A stretch of 32,000 nt of DNA from Candidatus Arthromitus sp. SFB-mouse-Japan (lineage in GTDB: Bacteria; Bacillota; Clostridia; Clostridiales; Clostridiaceae), in the NCBI RefSeq assembly GCF_000270205.1, contig NC_015913.1:510001-542000 (forward strand). Reading direction: 5' to 3'. The notes beneath the pieces were generated by a model that was not told where the DNA came from, made no database searches, and worked only from the letters and a program-made list of their open reading frames with translations. The translations under genes were made by a program, and so were the position numbers. Shown here one piece after another: positions 18,094-25,124 of this stretch (position 1 is the first letter of the stretch; each line of letters opens with the position of its first letter).

Positions 18094-18128
18094 AGAGAGG
18101 ACTAAAATAACTAGTCCTTCTCTTTTTG
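18094..18128. terminator. hairpin terminator between convergent genes (136-aa ORF and dapB)
   Basis: Stem agagaggacta / tagtccttctct (one bulge) followed by ctttttgtt on the plus strand. The dapB stop lies 2 nt beyond it. Confidence 0.65.
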
Positions 18129-18129
18129 T

Positions 18130-18894
18130 TTATAGGTTTAACATCGAGTTCATATTGTATATTCCGGAATTTTTACCAAATAGATAGAGTGCAGCCTTTA
18201 ATGCACCTTGTGCGAAAACATCACGTGATATAGCAGTGTGCTTTAATTCTATAATTTCATTATTTCCACCAAATAAAATTTCATGTGATCCTATCATGTT
18301 TCCACATCTTATTGAATGGACTCCTATTTCTTTTTTTTCACGTTTCTTTTCACCCAATCGTCCATGATTAAAATCAACATCTTCATTAAATTTATCCTTC
18401 ACAAAATTATTTATTGTGTCCATGAGCATTATTGCAGTTCCACTAGGTGAATCAAGTTTTTGGTTATGATGTTTTTCGGTTATTTCTATATCATAATCTT
18501 TATAGAGTGATTGGAGTGCCGTTTTTAATAATTTTTGCAAAACGTTTATTCCAATACTCATGTTGTAAGATATAAAAATAGGGATTGTTTTGCTTGCATC
18601 GTTTATTTTATTTAATTGTTCTTTTGTATGACCAGTTGTGCAGATTACAATTCCTATTTTTTTGTTTAAGGCATAAGTTAAAATGCTATCTAATGAGTTT
18701 GGATGTGAGAAGTCGATTATTATATCAACCTTTTCTTGTACATCATTTATATTAAGATAGGTTTTAACTTTATTTTCATTATTTTGTTTATTATCAACAC
18801 CACATATAATTTCTAAGTTATCATACGTGTGACTTAATTCCTCAATTGTTTTTCCCATACGTCCATTTATACCATTTAGAAGTATTTTTAACAT
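18130..18894 (-). CDS. dapB: 4-hydroxy-tetrahydrodipicolinate reductase
   Basis: N-terminal GINGRMGK nucleotide-binding motif. Conserved E.HH..K.D.PSGTA segment (ITEKHHNQKLDSPSGTA). Position after dapA. Confidence 0.9.
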   Translation of the reverse strand: MLKILLNGINGRMGKTIEELSHTYDNLEIICGVDNKQNNENKVKTYLNINDVQEKVDIIIDFSHPNSLDSILTYALNKKIGIVICTTGHTKEQLNKINDASKTIPIFISYNMSIGINVLQKLLKTALQSLYKDYDIEITEKHHNQKLDSPSGTAIMLMDTINNFVKDKFNEDVDFNHGRLGEKKREKKEIGVHSIRCGNMIGSHEILFGGNNEIIELKHTAISRDVFAQGALKAALYLFGKNSGIYNMNSMLNL

Positions 18895-18918
18895 TTTTCC
18901 TCCAAAGTTTTTTAGATT

Positions 18919-19797
18919 TTAAAGTAATTCAATATTTTTCATTTCGTCTTTTAATTTGTTTAAATTGTTTTGATCCATTTCTACAAGGGGTAATCTGAAT
19001 CCTCCAACATTTTTACCCATTAAATTTAATACAGTCTTTATTGGTATTGGATTTGTTTCTATGAAAAGTGAATTTGTAAAATTTAGATATTTAAGTTGAA
19101 GTTCTAATGATTTTTTGATATTGCCATTTATATATTCATGTGTGATATCATGAACGATTTTAGGGAGAATATTACCTAATACAGTAACTGTACCTTTTCC
19201 TCCTATACTCATAAATGGAACAATTTGATCATCATTTCCAGAATATAAGTCGATTTGAGGACAAAGCTTTCTATATAGTATAGCCTGGCTTATATTTCCA
19301 GAAGCTTCTTTGATTGAGGTAACATTTTTAAGTTTAGAAAGTTCAAGTAATATTTCAGGTGATATATTCATTCCAGTTCTTGAAGGAACGTTGTATGCCA
19401 TAATTGGAAGATTAATATGATCATTTATAGTTTTAAAGTGTTCAATTAATCCTTTTTTAGAGGTTTTATTATAATACGGTGTTATAACTAATAGTCCATC
19501 AGCTCCAACTTCTTTTGAAAATTTAGAAAGTTCAAGAGTTTTTTGAGTATTATTTGTTCCAACTCCAGCAATTACTGGGATTTTTTTGTTTATAATTTCT
19601 ACAGTTGTCTGAATTAATCTTTTCTTTTCGTTATCAGTGAGTGTAGAACCTTCCCCAGTAGTTCCACAAATTATAATTGCATCTGTGTTATTTTTAACAT
19701 GCCAATTTAAAAGTTCTTCCAATTTGTCTAAATTAATATCACCATTTTCATTAAAAGGTGTAACAATGGCAACGCCTGAACCAATAAATAAACTCAT
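18919..19797 (-). CDS. dapA: 4-hydroxy-tetrahydrodipicolinate synthase
   Basis: GVAIVTPF..., CGTTGEGSTLT and YNVPSRTG are typical DapA motifs. Confidence 0.9.
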   Translation of the reverse strand: MSLFIGSGVAIVTPFNENGDINLDKLEELLNWHVKNNTDAIIICGTTGEGSTLTDNEKKRLIQTTVEIINKKIPVIAGVGTNNTQKTLELSKFSKEVGADGLLVITPYYNKTSKKGLIEHFKTINDHINLPIMAYNVPSRTGMNISPEILLELSKLKNVTSIKEASGNISQAILYRKLCPQIDLYSGNDDQIVPFMSIGGKGTVTVLGNILPKIVHDITHEYINGNIKKSLELQLKYLNFTNSLFIETNPIPIKTVLNLMGKNVGGFRLPLVEMDQNNLNKLKDEMKNIELL

Positions 19798-19801
19798 AAT
19801 A

Positions 19802-20794
19802 TTACTCTCCTTTATTATTTAAAATATATTCAGCTATTTGAACTGCATTTAAGGCAGCCCCTTTTAGAATATTATCAGCAACAACCCAAATGTTTATTGC
19901 TTTGTCGCAAGACTCATCAAGTCTAATTCGTCCAACAAATACTTCATCTTTTCCAGAAATATATCTTGGCATTGGGTACTTATTTTTTTTAATATCATCT
20001 ATTAATGTAATTCCTTTAAAATTTTTAAGCTCATTTAAAATATCGTCTAGTGTAAAGTCATTTTCAAATTCTACATTTATACTTTCACTGTGAGAATTTT
20101 CAATAGGAACCCTAACACAAGTAGCAGTTATTTTGAGAGATTCGTCTTGCAATATTTTCCTAGTTTCATTTATCATTTTCATTTCTTCTTTTGTATATCC
20201 ATTATCAGTGAATACATCAATTTGAGGGATCAGATTTCCTTTTATTAAATATTGGAATTTGTTTAAATTTACTTCAATATCTACATCTAGATCTTTAATG
20301 CCTAAGTTCCCAGCACCTGAAACTGCTTGATAGGTTGAATAAATTATTCTTTTTATTTTAAATTTATCATGAAGTGGTTTAAGAGCTACGACAGCTTGTA
20401 TAGTTGAGCAATTTGGATTTGCTATAATTCCATTATTTTTCAAAGCTTCTTTTCCATTAACTTCAGGAACTACAAGAGGTGTATTTTTATCCATTCTAAA
20501 CGCACTAGAGTTATCAATAACAAGAGCATTTTTTTGTACAAATAAATGGGAAAATTTGAGGCTTGTATCACTGCCAGCAGAGAAGAATGCAAAATCTATA
20601 TCATCTTTAATATTATCTCTGTTTAATTCAATAACTTCATATTCTTTATTTTTAAAATTAAGCTTGGACCCTTCAGATTTTTTGGAAGCGTATAGATAAA
20701 TATTATTGACAGGAAAATTCCTTTCTTCTAATACTTTAAGAAAGGTTCTTCCTATTTTTCCTGTTGCACCAACAACAGCTACATTATATCGCAT
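19802..20794 (-). CDS. asd: aspartate-semialdehyde dehydrogenase
   Basis: VAVVGATGKIG Rossmann motif, active-site NPNCSTI, QAVSGAG. 4-nt gap to dapA (operon asd-dapA-dapB). Confidence 0.9.
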   Translation of the reverse strand: MRYNVAVVGATGKIGRTFLKVLEERNFPVNNIYLYASKKSEGSKLNFKNKEYEVIELNRDNIKDDIDFAFFSAGSDTSLKFSHLFVQKNALVIDNSSAFRMDKNTPLVVPEVNGKEALKNNGIIANPNCSTIQAVVALKPLHDKFKIKRIIYSTYQAVSGAGNLGIKDLDVDIEVNLNKFQYLIKGNLIPQIDVFTDNGYTKEEMKMINETRKILQDESLKITATCVRVPIENSHSESINVEFENDFTLDDILNELKNFKGITLIDDIKKNKYPMPRYISGKDEVFVGRIRLDESCDKAINIWVVADNILKGAALNAVQIAEYILNNKGE

Positions 20795-20874
20795 AGAAAT
20801 AACCTCCAGATTTAAAATATAATATCTATTATAGTATAAATGAATTTAATTTAATAATCAAAAACTAATATAAA

Positions 20875-20904
20875 GTATATTTGAAATAAGTTGTGGTTAA
20901 ACTG
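20875..20904 (+). promoter_or_regulatory. possible forespore (sigma-F/sigma-G type) promoter for the SASP gene
   Basis: GTATA (20875-20879), 15-nt spacer, GGTTAAACTG (20895-20904). This resembles the remembered sigma-F pattern GyATA-N15-GGnnAnAnTw. It is a by-eye match in AT-rich DNA, so the false-positive risk is high. Confidence 0.3.
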
Positions 20905-20989
20905 TTATTATATAAATATATACTTTTTTTGAAAGAGGTGATTTATTATAAGTAATAGTAGTTCTCTAAAAAGGGTAATAAAACAAAAG

Positions 20990-21205
20990 TTGAAGTCGAA
21001 TAAGAAATTAACTGAATTAGAGCAATTAAGGGAAAATCTAAAGTATGAAATAGCTGAGGAGCTTGGACTGAAAGATAAAGTTGATAAATACGGATGGAGC
21101 GGGCTTACATCTAGTGAAACAGGAAAAATTGGTGGGATAATGACTAAAAGGAAGAAGGAATTGAATGTTCCTAAAAATTCGGATATATTGAATCGTTCAA
21201 AATAA
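20990..21205 (+). CDS. sspF: alpha/beta-type small acid-soluble spore protein (SspF-like)
   Basis: LKYEIAEELGL.DKV.KYGWSGLTSSETGKIGGIMTKR matches the SASP / SspF core (KYE.A..LG....V...GWG.....D.G.MVKR). The TTG 20990 start has no RBS, and the real start may be ATT 20945 or ATA 20948 (see findings). Confidence 0.75.
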   Translation: MKSNKKLTELEQLRENLKYEIAEELGLKDKVDKYGWSGLTSSETGKIGGIMTKRKKELNVPKNSDILNRSK

Positions 21206-21206
21206 T

Positions 21207-21241
21207 AACCTTCTGTAAAAAATGGAGGTTTTTTGTTTTTT
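21207..21241 (+). terminator. rho-independent terminator after the SASP gene
   Basis: Stem aaccttc / ggaggtt (one G-U pair), 10-nt loop, then ttttgtttttt. Confidence 0.6.
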
Positions 21242-21246
21242 GATTA

Positions 21247-21275
21247 TTGACTTTTATGTAGGAATTATGCATAAT
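21247..21275 (+). promoter_or_regulatory. sigma-A type promoter for tRNA-Phe
   Basis: TTGACT (21247-21252), 17-nt spacer ending in TG, CATAAT (21270-21275), about 25 nt upstream of the tRNA 5' end. Confidence 0.5.
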
Positions 21276-21300
21276 AATATCTGTGGTTTGTATTTGATTT

Positions 21301-21376
<76 letters not shown>

Positions 21377-21380
21377 AAGA

Positions 21381-21419
21381 ATTTAAGGCAGTGCAAAAGC
21401 ACTGCCTTAAATATTTTTT
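21381..21419. terminator. hairpin terminator after tRNA-Phe, overlapping the dxr stop codon
   Basis: 12-bp perfect stem ttaaggcagtgc / gcactgccttaa, loop aaaa, then atatttttt on the plus strand. The dxr stop (21407-21409) lies in the right arm. Confidence 0.8.
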
Positions 21420-22558
21420 GATTTTTCATAAATAAATGATTTAACTTCTTTATCTAGTTCAATAATGGTATTTAAATCTGGATTTTCTATAACTCCATAA
21501 TGTGATAGAGATTTTTCAATTAAATTTTCTATATCTAAAAATGATATTTTCTTGGTTAAAAATAATCTAACAGCCTCTTCATTTGAAGAATTAAATACAG
21601 TTGTTGCTGTACCTCCAAGTTTACCAGCATCAAATGCCATTTTTACACAAGGATATCTAGATAAATCCACTTTAGAAAAGTTTAATGAGGATATTTCTTC
21701 AAAATTTAATGGTTTAAAATTTTTATTTTGTATTCTATCTGGATATGTCAGAGCGTATTGAATAGGAACCCTCATGTCTGGAGTTCCAAGTTGAGCTATT
21801 ATACTTGAATCATTAAATTCGACCATCGAGTGTATGATACTTTCACGATGGAGTATTACTTTTATATTTTGATAATCTACATTGAATAGAAAGTGTGCTT
21901 CGATTATTTCAAGTCCTTTATTTGCCATTGTTGCAGAATCTATTGTTATTTTTGCCCCCATTGACCAATTTGGGTGTTTTAGTGCATCTTCAATAGTCAC
22001 ATTTTTAAGTTCTTCTCTTGTTTTATCTCTAAAACTCCCACCAGATGCTGTTAAAATTATATTTTTTATGTCCTCATGGGTTTTTCCATTTAAACATTGA
22101 AAGATAGCTGAATGTTCACTATCAAGTGGTATAAGTTCTACATTATATTGTTTGATTTTTTTATTTATTATGTGACCTGCTGTAACAAGGGTTTCTTTGT
22201 TTGCAAGAGCAATATTTTTATGAGATTCTATTGCGTATATTGTTGGAAGAAGTCCGATATTTCCAACTAAACTATTTATAATAGTATCTGATTTGTTAAA
22301 TGTAGCAATCTCTAATAATCCTTCGTTTCCGTATGTGAATTTTATATTTGGATATTCCGCATGCATACGCTCAAAATCATCTTTATTTTTTAAGCATACA
22401 AGTTCTGGGGAAAAATGTTTTAAAATCTCTCTAAGTTTAGTTATATTTTCACCGATAGAGATTGAATTTAATTTAAATTTGTGTGGGTTATTCTTTATAA
22501 CATCGAGAGATTGTATTCCAATGGAGCCTGTTGCTCCTAGAATAGAAATATTTTTCAT
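21407..22558 (-). CDS. dxr: 1-deoxy-D-xylulose 5-phosphate reductoisomerase
   Basis: ILGATGSIG, LANKE and PLDSEHSAIFQC are typical Dxr motifs. ATG 22558 lies 9 nt after AAGGAG, and the ORF-track TTG 22564 is too close to the RBS. Confidence 0.9.
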   Translation of the reverse strand: MKNISILGATGSIGIQSLDVIKNNPHKFKLNSISIGENITKLREILKHFSPELVCLKNKDDFERMHAEYPNIKFTYGNEGLLEIATFNKSDTIINSLVGNIGLLPTIYAIESHKNIALANKETLVTAGHIINKKIKQYNVELIPLDSEHSAIFQCLNGKTHEDIKNIILTASGGSFRDKTREELKNVTIEDALKHPNWSMGAKITIDSATMANKGLEIIEAHFLFNVDYQNIKVILHRESIIHSMVEFNDSSIIAQLGTPDMRVPIQYALTYPDRIQNKNFKPLNFEEISSLNFSKVDLSRYPCVKMAFDAGKLGGTATTVFNSSNEEAVRLFLTKKISFLDIENLIEKSLSHYGVIENPDLNTIIELDKEVKSFIYEKSKNI

Positions 22559-22578
22559 TTTCAAAATCTCCTTATAAG

Positions 22579-24411
22579 TTAGTGTATGTATGCAAGTGAT
22601 TTTATTTTATTTACTATGAGTTCAGGGTCAAGACCAGATATTTTTCTCAAGCTATTGGTATCCCCATGATGAAAGAAATTATTTTCAATTCCAAATATTT
22701 CGATGTCATTCTTATATTTATGCTTAATTGCAAATTCACAAATACCTGAACCGAATCCTCCAATTTTGCATGCTTCTTCTATTGTTACAATTGGTACATT
22801 TGATTTAAATATTTCATGAAGCATATCTTCATCCATTGGTTTTATAAAACGTGCATTTACAATTTTAATATTTATATTTTCACTCTTTAATGAGTTGCAT
22901 ATTTCGTGGGCAATATCAAGCATTGGACCGAAGGTTAAAATAGCTAAATCATTTCCTTCTTTTTCAACTGTCCATGAACCGAACCTGATATTTTTAAAAT
23001 GCGGAACATGGGTTAATTCAGAATATCCTCGAGGATATCTATAGGATATGATTCCCTTATCTTCATAATTATAGAGACAATTATGCAATAAGTGTTGGGC
23101 TTCTATTTGATCTTTTGGCATTACTATTGATATGTTTGGTATTGGTCTAAGAAAGCTAATATCATAGATACCATGATGAGTATCGCCGTCACCTGTTGCG
23201 AAACCACATTTATCTATTGCAATTACCATATTTATATTTTGTCTTGCTATATCATGTATTATTTGGTCATACGCACGTTGTAGGAAAGTTGAATATACGA
23301 AAAATATTGGTTTGAGTTTTGATAAAGCTAATGCAGCAGAAAACGTTGCCCCGTGTTGTTCTGCTATTCCAACATCAAAAGTTCTATTTGGGAACTTATT
23401 TTTAAAAAATTCTAACTTAGAGCCTTTAGTCATTGCGGGTGTGATACAAATGATATTTTTATCCTTTTTTGCAAGATGTTCTACAGTTTCTGATATAACT
23501 GCCCCCCAGGCTCTATGATTTTGTTTTTTGGATTTAATTTTTAATCCAGTAGATTTATCAAAAGGACCAATACCATGCCATGATCCTACAGCATCATTTT
23601 CTGCATTATGAATTCCTTTTCCCTTTTTTGTGATTATGTGAAGAACACATGGTTTAGAAATATTTTTAATTTCAGTTAGATTATTTATTAAACTTTTGAT
23701 ATTGTGTCCATCGATTGGTCCGGAATAATGCAAATTCATACTTTGAAAAAAATTTTTAATTGAGTAATTTATTGATTCATTTTTTTTAAGATTGGATATG
23801 TATGATGACGAGTCATATATGTCTTTATTATTGCTATTTTTAGGAATTATGGCACAGATGTTTTTTGAGATGGACATTTGATTGTCATTTAAAATGATTA
23901 TAAGTTTTCTTTGCTCATATCCAATATTATTTAGAGCTTCTAAAGCCATCCCACCAGTTAATGCACCATCACCTATAACTGAAACTATATTTTCTGACGT
24001 ATTTTTAAAATCTCTGCTAACTGCAAATGCTAGGGCAGCAGATAAAGATGTTGAACTATGTCCTGTCTCCCAGACATCAAAATTACTCTCACTTCTTCTT
24101 GGGAATCCTGAGAGTCCATTAAATTTTCTTAGAGAATTAAAAAATTTTGCTCTACCTGTAAGAATTTTGTGAGCATAGCATTGATGGCCAACATCAAAGA
24201 TTAGTTTATCTTTTTCAAAATTAAAAATATAATGTAGTGCTATTGTTAGTTCTATAACTCCAAGGTTTGAAGATACATGTCCACCTGTAGAACTTAATGA
24301 TTCAATTAAAAAATCCCTTATTTGATCAGAAAGTAAGTAAAGTTCATCAATTGAAAGTTTCTTCAAAAAACTTGGATTATTTATTCTATATAAATGATCA
24401 AATTTTTTCAT
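22579..24411 (-). CDS. dxs: 1-deoxy-D-xylulose 5-phosphate synthase
   Basis: GGHVSSNLGVIELT, GHSSTS, and the TPP motif GDGALTGGMALEALN...NDN. Transketolase-like C-terminal half. Confidence 0.9.
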   Translation of the reverse strand: MKKFDHLYRINNPSFLKKLSIDELYLLSDQIRDFLIESLSSTGGHVSSNLGVIELTIALHYIFNFEKDKLIFDVGHQCYAHKILTGRAKFFNSLRKFNGLSGFPRRSESNFDVWETGHSSTSLSAALAFAVSRDFKNTSENIVSVIGDGALTGGMALEALNNIGYEQRKLIIILNDNQMSISKNICAIIPKNSNNKDIYDSSSYISNLKKNESINYSIKNFFQSMNLHYSGPIDGHNIKSLINNLTEIKNISKPCVLHIITKKGKGIHNAENDAVGSWHGIGPFDKSTGLKIKSKKQNHRAWGAVISETVEHLAKKDKNIICITPAMTKGSKLEFFKNKFPNRTFDVGIAEQHGATFSAALALSKLKPIFFVYSTFLQRAYDQIIHDIARQNINMVIAIDKCGFATGDGDTHHGIYDISFLRPIPNISIVMPKDQIEAQHLLHNCLYNYEDKGIISYRYPRGYSELTHVPHFKNIRFGSWTVEKEGNDLAILTFGPMLDIAHEICNSLKSENINIKIVNARFIKPMDEDMLHEIFKSNVPIVTIEEACKIGGFGSGICEFAIKHKYKNDIEIFGIENNFFHHGDTNSLRKISGLDPELIVNKIKSLAYIH

Positions 24412-24596
24412 TTTCTTACCATCCTAAAATGTTTTTTAAATCAAAAGGATAGTTAATTATAACATTAAAACAACAATTAAAAAATTAAAATTGATTGATT
24501 TATTTAAATTTAATCTAAAACACTAGGATTATAAAAAACAGGAAATAATATAGCACATATAATTAAGTTTATTAACAGCGTTCTATCATTTTTAGA

Positions 24597-24845
24597 TTAA
24601 TTTTTTGTATTAATACTACTATTTACTTTGTTTTTTTTGTTGGGATAATTTGATTGAATTGTTTGTTGATTTACTCTTTGAGCATAAGCATTTAAGACCA
24701 TTGTATTAGGAGTATTGGGAAGTGGAACGTATGCATGTATATCTTTATTTTTATCTAATGGGATTCTTATCATAGAGCTTGAAGATAAGCAGGTTGATAT
24801 AATCATAGAAGAAACTAGAGAAGTTCCTAATAATAATTTTTTCAT
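24597..24845 (-). CDS. small secreted protein or possible lipoprotein, function unknown
   Basis: GGAGG RBS 6 nt upstream of the ATG. Signal peptide MKKLLLGTSLVSSMIISTC. Polar N/Q/P-rich mature part. No family recognised. Confidence 0.5.
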   Translation of the reverse strand: MKKLLLGTSLVSSMIISTCLSSSSMIRIPLDKNKDIHAYVPLPNTPNTMVLNAYAQRVNQQTIQSNYPNKKNKVNSSINTKN

Positions 24846-25124
24846 TTAACATCCTCCAAATTAATATTAAGTTAAAAATATTAAATAACTATTAATAAAT
24901 TATACTATGAATATTTTAAATTGCAAGAGTTAAGTGGTTGGTTGCATACATTTTATATCCAAAATAGTTAATGATTTTGCATATAAAATTACACTTATTA
25001 ACTAAAATACAAAATTAGATACAAATTTTTATAATTTGAATAGCTTAGTTTTTTATAGAAACCATAATAAAAATTTTTAAAACTGAGAAAACTTACTATT
25101 AGTAAAATTAAGGAGGAAATTAAT

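Noticed and set aside
20795-20989. A lysine riboswitch (L-box) upstream of asd-dapA-dapB.
   Set aside because: The roughly 195-nt region upstream of asd is almost pure A/T. It has no GC-containing helices or the conserved L-box core that I would expect, so no riboswitch is called. A cmscan would be decisive.
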